From sequence record NC_054917.1: 64,000 bases of DNA; one strand, 5' to 3'. Origin of the DNA: Escherichia phage vB_EcoM_G50. Below, one piece after another: positions 19,954 to 30,141 of the stretch; position 1 is the first letter of the stretch; each line of letters begins with the position of its first letter. Both the position numbers and the translations under genes were made by a program. A model generated the notes under the pieces. That model did no database searches. It saw only the letters and a program-made list of their open reading frames with translations, and was not told the origin of the DNA.

Positions 19954-21413
19954 AGACCAGTTACCTCATGAAAATCACCAAATACATCCTCGAATGTATT
20001 AGCTTTAGTTTTATCTTCACGTAAACGAATCGCAATCGGAAGAAATAATTTAACGTAATCAGTGCGGCCATCAGATTTTAACCAACCGTTGCATTCGCAC
20101 TCTAGAATTTTTCCAATATAATAATTTTGGTTTTCCATAATGCGAGTACGGTCAAGTTCATGCGATTTTACACCGGCTTTATCTTTTAAGCCTGAACCTG
20201 CATTTACTTTAATTTTTCCACACTCTGATTCAAGAATAAATCCACCAGCTTTAGTAGGGTCTTTACGGTGAGGATAAATTCCTACAATTTTTAAATCAAC
20301 ATCAATTACTTCTTTAAATTTATAGAGATTTTTTGAACGAGCATTTTCCCACAATCCGTCGGTATTTTTGAGAATAATACCTTCAAAACCTTGGTCAATA
20401 TATTTTTTATAAATTACCTTAGCTTCATCTAGGTTATTTACTACTTGGTTTTCAATTAAAATTACTTTATCATATCCTGATGTCATTTGTTCTAGTTTAG
20501 AAAAACGTACATCATATTTTAAACGAAACGCCGGAAGACCGTATATTTCTACCAACGGGACATAATCCCAGACCTGAAACTTCATGCATTTGGCTTCTTT
20601 TTCGGAAATGGTTCCTTTTAAGGATTTATTAGCGATTCCATTAGAAGTAGTACGAGATTCCGCTACTTCGGCGAATTCTTTAGCTTTACTAATTTCAGGA
20701 TAAGCATCAAAAAGAAAATCTAGGCCTTCTGGTTCCTTTTTAACTTGCTCATGGTATACCAATTCGCCATCAATTAACACACCTTCTGGATGAATCTGGC
20801 GGGCTTCAGCAGTCATTTTGATTAATTCTTCCTTAAGAAGATCTAATCCTAGATATTCATTACCAGCTCGTGATAAAAGACGAACATCATCTAATTCATC
20901 ACCTCGAACTTCAGCAAAACACCGAGATCCATCTGCTTTTAACTGTGCAAAAGCTGGAAACTTGATATTCTTACTAATGCCTTTTTCATCATAAGAACTT
21001 GCCAGCATTTGAGGTTGTTCAGGAATTAAACCTGGCCAAACTTTGTTTGCAATAGATACTGAAGCACCGCATTCAAGGTCTCGCATCATCACTCGACGCA
21101 AAACTTCAACATCATCCTTTTTACCATCGGTGATATATCCAGTCAATTCCTCAATTGCAGCATTTCCAGTCAATTTCCGAGTAGCTAACGTGAATTCAAT
21201 GAAGTCAAGCATATCGGTAATAGTCAGCATTCCAAAACTCTGGGTAGCAATACCAGGTTTAGGCCATTTCTTTATATAATACTGTAACCCACGAGAATAA
21301 GTCAGACGATATACCCGTTTAAGCAATTCATTATCTTTATTCTTTTCAAGAATTGCTTGCTTCTGCTTAGTTGATCCAATAGATGCTATTTCATTCAGAA
21401 TTTTAAGAATCAT
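19950..21413 (-). CDS. 30: ATP-dependent DNA ligase gp30
   Basis: 487 aa, MILKILNEIASIGSTKQKQAILEKNKDNELLKRVYRLTYSRGLQYYIKKWPKPG...; KADG adenylation motif; near-identical to remembered T4 DNA ligase. Confidence 0.97.
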   Translation of the reverse strand: MILKILNEIASIGSTKQKQAILEKNKDNELLKRVYRLTYSRGLQYYIKKWPKPGIATQSFGMLTITDMLDFIEFTLATRKLTGNAAIEELTGYITDGKKDDVEVLRRVMMRDLECGASVSIANKVWPGLIPEQPQMLASSYDEKGISKNIKFPAFAQLKADGSRCFAEVRGDELDDVRLLSRAGNEYLGLDLLKEELIKMTAEARQIHPEGVLIDGELVYHEQVKKEPEGLDFLFDAYPEISKAKEFAEVAESRTTSNGIANKSLKGTISEKEAKCMKFQVWDYVPLVEIYGLPAFRLKYDVRFSKLEQMTSGYDKVILIENQVVNNLDEAKVIYKKYIDQGFEGIILKNTDGLWENARSKNLYKFKEVIDVDLKIVGIYPHRKDPTKAGGFILESECGKIKVNAGSGLKDKAGVKSHELDRTRIMENQNYYIGKILECECNGWLKSDGRTDYVKLFLPIAIRLREDKTKANTFEDVFGDFHEVTGL

Positions 21414-21679
21414 TGTTCATCCTTCAGAGTTTGATTTACAGCTCTATTATAAATCAATTCATCATTAAGCTCAGGCAAAGACTTATGATATGTAGTTCTA
21501 ACTTTATTTCCTTGCATCCAGTGCTTGACATAAATGAAACCTTGCTCTACACATTTTTTAAAAATTCGTTCGTCTTTTTGAGCTCGGAATTCTGGATTGC
21601 ATCTAAAAAATTGATTTACGTGACCGTAATCACGTGTAGTATTACCTTCATTTTCATAAATAGTGTGAACGACAAACAT
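21410..21679 (-). CDS. Hypothetical protein (T4 30.1 position)
   Basis: 89-aa ORF, start overlaps next ORF stop. Confidence 0.65.
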   Translation of the reverse strand: MFVVHTIYENEGNTTRDYGHVNQFFRCNPEFRAQKDERIFKKCVEQGFIYVKHWMQGNKVRTTYHKSLPELNDELIYNRAVNQTLKDEQ

Positions 21680-22542
21680 TAGAATGCTCCTTGGAAAATA
21701 TTATCACCACTAGTAAATCTATTAAAATACCCTGCATCGCCAGGCTTGGTATAACTCCACGTATGGAATGGATTCATATGATATGGGTGTGTATAATATG
21801 GATTATATGGATGTGTATAATATGGATTATACGGATTAAATCCAGGAGTTCTCCAGGTAGTGTTCCAACGAAAAGAATCGTTTTTAACCATCTTCTCAAT
21901 TACATCTTTTATAGCTTTTTCACTATCAAAACTTTCTTTATTTTCCTTTGGTGAAAAAAGCTTATTTTCTACATCATTCCATGTATAAACTCGCTGAGCG
22001 GTTTTTGGAATATTGTCACGCTCTCCTCGCGCCATCCAATAAACAGGAACATTTAATATTTCACTCGCATGATCGCAATGGTGAGCGAGATCGTCAATGT
22101 AACAAATTACGTTATATTTCTCTTTTGCCTTTTTGAACAACTCTTCTTTTGAAGAATCATGACCACACATCATTACTTCTGAGAAGGCACCAGGAAAAAG
22201 AGCATTCAAATTAAATTGACGATTCAACAGAGCGTCAATAGAATCACCCAATGCTGTAACAGCTACAAAATTATAATCTTCTTTTAATTTGTTAATTACA
22301 CACAGGGCATCTTTATACGGAGACAAATAACGAATAAAATCTGAACGATTGTATTTTTCAATTAACTTGACGCCAAGTTCTTCATCACAATTAAAGAGTT
22401 TACCTGGAGAAATAAATTTCTCATCTTGGATCATTTTTAAAATATGTTCTAACGGAAGATTATATTTCTGAGCAAAATAAGGAAGGCCTGATTGCCAGCT
22501 TAAACATACTCCATCAATATCAGTTAAAATAGTAGGCTTCAT
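21679..22542 (-). CDS. HAD-superfamily-like hydrolase (T4 30.2 position) with C-terminal Tyr/Pro-rich tandem repeat
   Basis: 287 aa; N-terminal DIDGV (HAD motif I-like), YIDD late motif; C-terminus NPYNPYYTHPYNPYYTHPYHMNPF. Confidence 0.7.
   Translation of the reverse strand: MKPTILTDIDGVCLSWQSGLPYFAQKYNLPLEHILKMIQDEKFISPGKLFNCDEELGVKLIEKYNRSDFIRYLSPYKDALCVINKLKEDYNFVAVTALGDSIDALLNRQFNLNALFPGAFSEVMMCGHDSSKEELFKKAKEKYNVICYIDDLAHHCDHASEILNVPVYWMARGERDNIPKTAQRVYTWNDVENKLFSPKENKESFDSEKAIKDVIEKMVKNDSFRWNTTWRTPGFNPYNPYYTHPYNPYYTHPYHMNPFHTWSYTKPGDAGYFNRFTSGDNIFQGAF
21784..21831 (-). repeat. 24-bp tandem repeat (2 copies, 1 mismatch) within the HAD-like ORF
   Basis: tgggtgtgtataatatggattata followed by tggatgtgtataatatggattata. 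Confidence 0.8.
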
Positions 22543-23003
22543 AGAGAGTCTCTTAATAGATTTAACACATCAATAAATTCAGCTTCGGTTAGTATTGTAT
22601 CATCTTTTGTTAGACCACTAGCCATGCTGTGCTTCAAAACTTTTCCTTTCGAGGCTTGTAATGCATCGCGAAAGCCCTTGTTTTGGAACGCTGCTTCAAA
22701 ATATGCATTTGTGTATAATTCTTTCCATGCTTCGGAATATCTTGAAAACGGAGTTCCAAGCCAGAACAACGTGCCACGGTCCTGAGCTCTTGCATAAGAC
22801 CTTCCAGCTTGTTGGGCGGCAAGCCCGGATAACCCAAATATACGACGCTGTTGTTCAACATTTTTCACCTTGCATCCTTGGAGGAATCCTTCGAGACCTC
22901 CAAATTGGATACCATCCATAACAAAAGGCCATTGGGCGAAATTACTTAATGCACATGATGGCCATCTAAAATTGCTTCTAATCTCTAACTCAGACATTTT
23001 CAA
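22539..23003 (-). CDS. NADAR / YbiA-like (DUF1768) protein (T4 30.3 position)
   Basis: 154 aa; SNFAQWPF..DG..F...EGFLQGCK pattern resembles E. coli YbiA SNFAAWPI..DG....SEHYFQAQK. Confidence 0.7.
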   Translation of the reverse strand: MKMSELEIRSNFRWPSCALSNFAQWPFVMDGIQFGGLEGFLQGCKVKNVEQQRRIFGLSGLAAQQAGRSYARAQDRGTLFWLGTPFSRYSEAWKELYTNAYFEAAFQNKGFRDALQASKGKVLKHSMASGLTKDDTILTEAEFIDVLNLLRDSL

Positions 23004-23196
23004 TACTTATAATTTCAACATCAGCCCAATGACCATAGCAAGGAAGACGAAATTCAACTGGCCAGTTAGGGTCCTTTTCTAATATAATAGACTGAACTTG
23101 TGGCTCTTCATGTTCATCGGTATACGGACCTTTATACGTTACTTTATATGTGACCTTAATGTACTGAATTCCAAAAATCTTATTAATTATATTCAT
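22990..23196 (-). CDS. Hypothetical protein
   Basis: 68-aa ORF in operon-like array. Confidence 0.55.
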   Translation of the reverse strand: MNIINKIFGIQYIKVTYKVTYKGPYTDEHEEPQVQSIILEKDPNWPVEFRLPCYGHWADVEIISIENV

Positions 23197-23390
23197 ATTA
23201 ATTCCTTTAATCCATAGATAGGAGATAATTCATCACCCATACGAAGGTCTTCATTTCCATCTACCCAGGAAACAATATAAGCCTCTTTTATTTGAATACC
23301 ACTCCATTTAAATGGAGGTAGAACCTTAGAAATTAATCCAGGTATACCAACTCCCTTTAATTCAACAGTTTGACCTAAAAAGAATTTCAT
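23193..23390 (-). CDS. Hypothetical protein
   Basis: 65-aa ORF, overlapping start/stop with neighbours. Confidence 0.55.
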   Translation of the reverse strand: MKFFLGQTVELKGVGIPGLISKVLPPFKWSGIQIKEAYIVSWVDGNEDLRMGDELSPIYGLKELI

Positions 23391-23677
23391 TAAAACCTCA
23401 TCTGAAAACCGTGCGATTTAACATTACCGCCGCCAATATCAGAAATATTAATTTCGCGCGCAATTGAAGGGTCAATGTCAATTTCACGATTGAGTTTAGT
23501 AATAGCTAGAGTATCACGCCCATTTACAGTACGGAACTCTAAAGGGCAGACTACATTAACGTAGTTTTTAATTGATTCACTGGTAGGTTGCAAATGAGCA
23601 GGAAGGTCTTTAGGTGCCTTAGAGAAAACCACTTCACAGAAATTTTTGCGGGTATCAAAATAAGTAGTCATAAACAT
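23390..23677 (-). CDS. Hypothetical protein
   Basis: 95-aa ORF. Confidence 0.6.
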   Translation of the reverse strand: MFMTTYFDTRKNFCEVVFSKAPKDLPAHLQPTSESIKNYVNVVCPLEFRTVNGRDTLAITKLNREIDIDPSIAREINISDIGGGNVKSHGFQMRF

Positions 23678-23694
23678 AGTATTTTCCTCAGTAA

Positions 23695-23710
23695 GGGGCC
23701 GAAGCCCCTC
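23695..23710 (-). terminator. Hairpin in 30.x cluster
   Basis: aggggc-cgaa-gcccct followed on minus strand by T-rich tract. Confidence 0.45.
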
Positions 23711-23718
23711 ATTTTATT

Positions 23719-24084
23719 TTAAATATCAAATTCGTTAAGAACTACATCAAAGATCGCTTCAAGATGCTCAGGTTTAGCTCTGTTACTCAGAATATGACGA
23801 ATCCAAGTTTTAACCAGAAGCTTACGATTGACGCCATTCCAGCAAGGATGAGTACCTAAATCGCGTTGACGGAAATCATCATCTAATGCGATTTTAAAAG
23901 AAGAACCTTCTTTCGTGATTGAAACCGTGATGCCATTTTCAAATCGCATATAAACGTAGTTAGGAGTCATATACTGTTCAATTTCGCATACTGATCCATT
24001 TTGATGTTTCCAAAGGCAGATAGTATCAATAGAACCTGCAATACCATTAGAAACATATTTACGTTCAAAGTTGATGTAGTTCAT
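23719..24084 (-). CDS. Hypothetical protein
   Basis: 121-aa ORF preceded by terminator hairpin and promoter-like region. Confidence 0.65.
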   Translation of the reverse strand: MNYINFERKYVSNGIAGSIDTICLWKHQNGSVCEIEQYMTPNYVYMRFENGITVSITKEGSSFKIALDDDFRQRDLGTHPCWNGVNRKLLVKTWIRHILSNRAKPEHLEAIFDVVLNEFDI

Positions 24085-24152
24085 TTTTATTCTCCGAGAT
24101 GTTTAATTGCGGTACAGGTATATAATATCATATCCTGTACCAAAGTAAACAA

Positions 24153-24485
24153 TTATTTTACTACTTTCCAATGTTGCATGTCAAGTTTACCAACTTTTTT
24201 CATCTTCTCAATTAAGCGTTCGGCACGTTGGCGGGCTGTAACATAATACCATTCACCCAATTCATTTTGTTCAATTTTTCCAACGATTACTGTATTCAAT
24301 TCATAAATCCAACCAGTAAAGAAATTATGAACTTGAATTGTAAAGGTGAAATCTGTTCCCATACCTTCTGTTGTTTCTACTTCAATAATATCACCTTCAA
24401 CTGCCATTAAGAACCACATAGTTTCATCATATTTACCATTGAAGCATTTAGTTTTAACTGTAGCGTTCAGATTAATCGTTTTCAT
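24153..24485 (-). CDS. Hypothetical protein
   Basis: 110-aa ORF. Confidence 0.65.
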   Translation of the reverse strand: MKTINLNATVKTKCFNGKYDETMWFLMAVEGDIIEVETTEGMGTDFTFTIQVHNFFTGWIYELNTVIVGKIEQNELGEWYYVTARQRAERLIEKMKKVGKLDMQHWKVVK

Positions 24486-24512
24486 TTTATTCTCCTTTGT
24501 TTGTGTAAGATA

Positions 24513-24542
24513 ATACTATCACAAAGGAACTATACTGTAAAC
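24513..24542 (-). promoter_or_regulatory. Early-type promoter upstream of the 110-aa ORF
   Basis: Plus-strand atacta ... 18 nt ... gtaaac; flanking inverted repeat tttgtg/cacaaa. Confidence 0.4.
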
Positions 24543-24571
24543 AACTTTATGCAATCTTTGGAAAATAAAAA

Positions 24572-24591
24572 AGGACTCCCGAAGGAGTCCT
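24572..24591 (-). terminator. Terminator hairpin
   Basis: aggactcc-cgaa-ggagtcct followed on minus strand by TTTTTTATTTT. Confidence 0.55.
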
Positions 24592-24595
24592 CAAC

Positions 24596-24772
24596 TTATG
24601 CTTTCTGCTTACCAAAACGAGAAGCATCATCTCGAAGAACCGCACGTGCTCGGCGCATGATCTTCTCAACAGTTTGATTGATACGAGAGTTCGACCCACG
24701 CTTGTAACCAGCGCGTTTAGAATCACCAACTTTCTTTTCAACTGCTTTCTTTGCTTTAGCTTGTTTTGCCAT
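24596..24772 (-). CDS. Small highly basic protein (Lys/Arg-rich), possibly nucleic-acid binding
   Basis: MAKQAKAKKAVEKKVGDSKRAGYKRGSNSRINQ...; start placed at internal ATG with better Shine-Dalgarno than the upstream ATG at 24814. Confidence 0.5.
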   Translation of the reverse strand: MAKQAKAKKAVEKKVGDSKRAGYKRGSNSRINQTVEKIMRRARAVLRDDASRFGKQKA

Positions 24773-24966
24773 TATAAATTCTCTTTTAAATGAAAATGCA
24801 GGACTTATTGGCATTGCCTGCGAAAGCCCTCAAGGGGTACTTAGGTTTTGAATATTTACCGACAGGATAACCATAAACCTCGTCAACATTCAAGAGGTAC
24901 ACCGTAAAACAAAGTTCGACGGCTCCTCGTTTTAACTTCACACTAAGGCAGTGACTCTCCAATAAA

Positions 24967-25215
24967 TTACTTCAGTGTTACCACAAAGTGACGAACTGCT
25001 TTTCGTGCAGCAGAAGCCAGAGGCTTAGCATACTTAAGTTCATCTTTTTCCTGAAGCTCAGCGGCTAATGCAGTTTGAGCAGGATTCAGATGTTTGAAAT
25101 AACGCAGGATTTCAAGAGCTTCGGCTTCAACATCAATAGATGCGCCATAGTTTTCGTGACCATTATTCCATGCGTTTCGTTGCAGTTCAAGAGCGTGTTG
25201 TAATTGTTTAATCAT
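24967..25215 (-). CDS. rIII: rIII lysis-inhibition accessory protein
   Basis: 82 aa, MIKQLQHALELQRNAWNNGHENYGASIDVEAEALEILRYFKHL...; size and position (just before gene 31) as T4 rIII. Confidence 0.85.
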   Translation of the reverse strand: MIKQLQHALELQRNAWNNGHENYGASIDVEAEALEILRYFKHLNPAQTALAAELQEKDELKYAKPLASAARKAVRHFVVTLK

Positions 25216-25354
25216 TTAAAAATTCTCGTTAGAGATTAAAACTCGGTAGTCACGTTCTTCTGAATTTCATCTTCTTTCGACAGATCTCTCAGTTGTAGAC
25301 TACCACATAGAATTGTTCGGTTAACTTATTATTCCGACACCCAATTCATATTAT

Positions 25355-25362
25355 TATTTATA
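25355..25362 (-). promoter_or_regulatory. Candidate late promoter (TATAAATA on minus strand) upstream of rIII
   Basis: Plus-strand tatttata overlapping the gene 31 stop region. Confidence 0.4.
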
Positions 25363-25698
25363 TCACTTATAAAGACACGGAATAGCTTTATAGTGACAGG
25401 TTACGAATTTTTGTTTAATTTCTTTTGGCTGCTTAAGACCCAGAGCTACAAAAGGATGAGGAACGTTTCGAATTTGACCAACTGGAAGAGAAGTCAAATC
25501 ACCAACTTCGCAGAAACCTTCAGGAACATCAGGACCAACAGAGTGAACTACACACAGTTCAGGAACTTCACCTTGGACACGTTTACCAATAATAAGTCCT
25601 GATTCTGTAACTTCTTCATCACCGGCTTGCGCAGGTTCAGAAACTAAAATAACATATTCACCGACAGCACGAATTGGTAGCTGTTGTACTTCAGACAT
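25363..25698 (-). CDS. 31: Co-chaperonin gp31 (GroES functional analogue)
   Basis: 111 aa, [61 protein letters not shown]...; matches T4 gp31. Confidence 0.95.
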
Positions 25699-25754
25699 CG
25701 TTTTTCCTTTTTGTTAACAGATGAATTAATAATAACAAATAATTCTTAAAGCAT

Positions 25755-26063
25755 TTATTTACCAATAAATTGAAGCAAATGCTCAACTTTCATACCATTA
25801 ACGGAAATCAATTTGTCAATAGAAAAACCTCGCCATGCACCAAGCTCAACATCAAATACTGGAATCATATCAGTAGATTCTTTCCGAGTAGATTCAGTCA
25901 ATTTACCGGTTTGCATAGTTGGCATAAAGTCAGCATCACGAGTGCCTTTCATAGTACGAATAGTACCATCAGACTTTTCAAAAACCACGTTTGAAATACC
26001 CATGGACAATTTAGTTTTCAAAATTTCACGAATTGCTACTTTCTGTTCAGTTGTCAGTTTCAT
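25755..26063 (-). CDS. Hypothetical protein (T4 31.1 position)
   Basis: 102-aa ORF. Confidence 0.65.
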   Translation of the reverse strand: MKLTTEQKVAIREILKTKLSMGISNVVFEKSDGTIRTMKGTRDADFMPTMQTGKLTESTRKESTDMIPVFDVELGAWRGFSIDKLISVNGMKVEHLLQFIGK

Positions 26064-26300
26064 TTATTTACCTATTACAGTTTTAATATGAGTTGTTCCA
26101 CGTTCTTTAAGAGTGGAAAGCAATTTTTGGCATTTTTCTAAATCAGATTTCCAACTATACGGCCTATCAATACAAACCCATTCTGACTTATAATACTGTT
26201 TCCATTTAGAGAAAAAATATTTCTTATACTCTACAGCAAATGAAATGTTCTCGTTAGAATAAGAACTAATTGCTGTGAGCTGTACCAAACGAAATTTCAT
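26064..26300 (-). CDS. Hypothetical protein (T4 31.2 position)
   Basis: 78-aa ORF. Confidence 0.6.
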   Translation of the reverse strand: MKFRLVQLTAISSYSNENISFAVEYKKYFFSKWKQYYKSEWVCIDRPYSWKSDLEKCQKLLSTLKERGTTHIKTVIGK

Positions 26301-26881
26301 TATTCACCACAGAATTCGTTGATATTTTCCCAATTTAACTTATTTAAGTTTTTCTTAGGAACATTAAACACTTCAATACCCGCATTTCGCAGAATATCAT
26401 CCCAGCCAGGTTTATTTTTATCGTATGTTTCGCAATAAACCAGCTTTTTAATTCCAGATTGAGCTATCGCTTTTGCACAATCTGGGCAAGGAGAAAGTGT
26501 TACATACATAGTAGCACCTTCAATTGAAGAACCATTTCGCGCAGCAAACAAAATCGCATTTAGTTCAGCATGAATTTCATTTTTAGACGACCACTCAGAG
26601 TGAGCACTACGATATTCTTTCGCCAAGACAAAACGATCAGTTGAACCAAATGATACACATTCAGGCTTATGACCTTGAATGATAGTATGTTTAGGCTTAT
26701 TTAGCAACCAACCTTGCTCAACAGCATAATCGCAGCAATTCACACCCCCGGCAGGTGAACCATTATATCCGGTAGAAATAATACGTCCATTCTTTTCAAT
26801 TACCGCTCCTACCTTCCAGGAGCAACATTTTGATTCTTGTGATACTAAATATGCAATTTGAAGTACTGTACTCGCTTTCAT
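26300..26881 (-). CDS. cd: dCMP deaminase
   Basis: 193 aa; cytidine/dCMP deaminase zinc motifs HAELNAI and PCPDCAKAI; size and position as T4 Cd. Confidence 0.95.
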   Translation of the reverse strand: MKASTVLQIAYLVSQESKCCSWKVGAVIEKNGRIISTGYNGSPAGGVNCCDYAVEQGWLLNKPKHTIIQGHKPECVSFGSTDRFVLAKEYRSAHSEWSSKNEIHAELNAILFAARNGSSIEGATMYVTLSPCPDCAKAIAQSGIKKLVYCETYDKNKPGWDDILRNAGIEVFNVPKKNLNKLNWENINEFCGE

Positions 26882-27216
26882 TTCATAATCACCAGATAAG
26901 CAGATTTAGCAGTTTCAACACGATAAATTTCGTGACGAAGTTTAGTTATACTTTTAATAACAGAACTAATTATATTCTGCCCATCTTTAAAGCGGTTTTT
27001 CTTATCAATAAAAATTGCACCAACCATCTTTTTGTGAAGCTCAACAGGATACTTCGTCACAATAATAGCATCATACACAGAAGGATGAATACTGTTCACC
27101 AGAGTATCGTTCATTAAAGTTATTCTAATGAACTGTGCTGTTTCAGAATCAAGCGCTCTATGATCGCCAGTATCATTTTCAAGACAATTATCAATTATAT
27201 CAGTTAAATTCATCAT
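26878..27216 (-). CDS. Hypothetical protein (cd.1 position)
   Basis: 112-aa ORF. Confidence 0.6.
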   Translation of the reverse strand: MMNLTDIIDNCLENDTGDHRALDSETAQFIRITLMNDTLVNSIHPSVYDAIIVTKYPVELHKKMVGAIFIDKKNRFKDGQNIISSVIKSITKLRHEIYRVETAKSAYLVIMK

Positions 27217-27449
27217 AGTACGCCATACACCCTTTGTGCTTCAACTAATCCATCAAAATCCAGTTTAAGATGTGTTATTTGGTCACCATCACCTGGATTC
27301 ACAATTACTAATACTGAACGAGGAGTTTCGGTAATGACACGAACCGATGTTTCAGGAAATCGTTCAGAAACCTTATTTACCAATTCCTGAGCAAATAGTT
27401 TAACTTTTTCTTGGAATTCTTTAGTAGTAATTGGTTTTTCACTTAGCAT
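27213..27449 (-). CDS. Hypothetical protein
   Basis: 78-aa ORF. Confidence 0.6.
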   Translation of the reverse strand: MLSEKPITTKEFQEKVKLFAQELVNKVSERFPETSVRVITETPRSVLVIVNPGDGDQITHLKLDFDGLVEAQRVYGVL

Positions 27450-27970
27450 GTTGATCCCAGCTCCTTACTTTCAACGTTTTTAACTAATTTGACAGAAACT
27501 AATTCGGCATCTTGGGTAATCATTACCGGGCCTTCTTCATACTCTTCAAGATATTCTAGAGCTTTCTTTTTAGCTTCTTCCTTCGTATCAGTTTGAGCAT
27601 AGATATAAAACATACAACCAGTAATACCTACTACTTTCCACTTAATTTCTTTATCAGTTTTAATTTCAAATTTACTGATAGAGTCATCTTTTTGAACTTC
27701 TTCGAAAAAATAATATTCTGACATATAAGTAATTGAAAATAGCGGGCTTTCTTTATAAGATTCGCCCATTACATCAACAGCTTTATACCAGCAATCGTCA
27801 ATTTCGCGTTTAATGCTAATAACATTTTTCGCAGGATCTATTTTTACTTTAAATGAATTTTCCCCAATAAACTGAGCAATTCGTTTATTAGCCCCACAAG
27901 TTTCATTAAAAATATCTTTATATCCAGCTTTAAAGCGATAAACCTTATCTTCTTCAAACCATTCGCTCAT
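27443..27970 (-). CDS. Hypothetical protein
   Basis: 175-aa ORF with Shine-Dalgarno; promoter-like element upstream. Confidence 0.65.
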   Translation of the reverse strand: MSEWFEEDKVYRFKAGYKDIFNETCGANKRIAQFIGENSFKVKIDPAKNVISIKREIDDCWYKAVDVMGESYKESPLFSITYMSEYYFFEEVQKDDSISKFEIKTDKEIKWKVVGITGCMFYIYAQTDTKEEAKKKALEYLEEYEEGPVMITQDAELVSVKLVKNVESKELGSTC

Positions 27971-27991
27971 TTCAATTTCCTCATTTGTTTT

Positions 27992-28030
27992 GGTAGAGCT
28001 ATAATATCACAACTCTACCGTAAAGTAAAC
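27992..28030 (-). promoter_or_regulatory. Early-type promoter with inverted repeat around the -10 element
   Basis: ggtagag-N14-ctctacc inverted repeat enclosing ataata; gtaaac at 28025-28030. Confidence 0.4.
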
Positions 28031-28032
28031 TA

Positions 28033-28308
28033 TTAAATTGCTTTGAATTCTGATGTCTGTGATTCAAAGCGAATATCGCCTTTGATGACTAGCTCAGCAT
28101 CAAGACCGAATACGACAATAATATGAGCAGAACCTGGATACAGAGTAATTGCAATAGAATCTACCTGGTCTGGAAGCAAAGTATTCAATACATGAGTCAC
28201 TTGAGCATGAATTCGAAGCTCAGCTGCATTATCAAGCTTTTCAAACATATTATTAGCAATAATTTGGCTAAACACTACTTCTACGATTTTAGAGTAAGTC
28301 GGAAACAT
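28033..28308 (-). CDS. Hypothetical protein
   Basis: 91-aa ORF. Confidence 0.6.
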   Translation of the reverse strand: MFPTYSKIVEVVFSQIIANNMFEKLDNAAELRIHAQVTHVLNTLLPDQVDSIAITLYPGSAHIIVVFGLDAELVIKGDIRFESQTSEFKAI

Positions 28309-28310
28309 AT

Positions 28311-28511
28311 TTACCTCACATAATTTTCTTCAAGCCAATTAATAACATCCAAAGCGTTATCAAAAATTGAACCATCTACTTTGTCTTCTGTTTCATAATC
28401 AAGAACATCTAAGCCTACTCTTCCGTCAACAATAGGCCATAAACAAAATAGATATTTCTTTTCTTTTTCAATCTTATCGCAAAGACGATAAATCTTTTCT
28501 ATGTTATTCAT
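28311..28511 (-). CDS. Hypothetical protein
   Basis: 66-aa ORF. Confidence 0.55.
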   Translation of the reverse strand: MNNIEKIYRLCDKIEKEKKYLFCLWPIVDGRVGLDVLDYETEDKVDGSIFDNALDVINWLEENYVR

Positions 28512-28700
28512 AAGTTTTCCATGGTAAAGGCAGTTTAGTTTTCTTTACTGTTAGTTCAACATCAGGATTCTTTTCTCTTAATTTAAGGCATTCCTCCCAA
28601 GCTCTGATTTCACTAGTGAATACACAAAATTGTCCATTACTAGTACCAACTAAACCACTATTTACAATAACAATAGACCAAGTTTCATGATGCCACGCCA

Positions 28701-28701
<1 letters not shown>
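28504..28701 (-). CDS. Hypothetical protein
   Basis: 65-aa ORF directly downstream of pseT. Confidence 0.55.
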
Positions 28702-29904
<1,203 letters not shown>

Positions 29905-29908
<4 letters not shown>

Positions 29909-30141
29909 TTATTTTTCTCAACTAATGATTGAATATAATCATGCAGGTCTTTAGATGCTTTACCCCACTTATTTTGATATTCATTTTTAAGATTAGCACG
30001 TGATTGAGCTAATAAAACATCATTGGTTGGAGGTAAAGATTCTAATCGTTGAATCTGGCGTCCATAAATCATTGCAGCCATCTCGGATTCATAAATCAAT
30101 CCTTTGAGATGTTCAAATTGATGCCATGAAATCATTTGCAT
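29905..30141 (-). CDS. Hypothetical protein
   Basis: 78-aa ORF. Confidence 0.55.
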
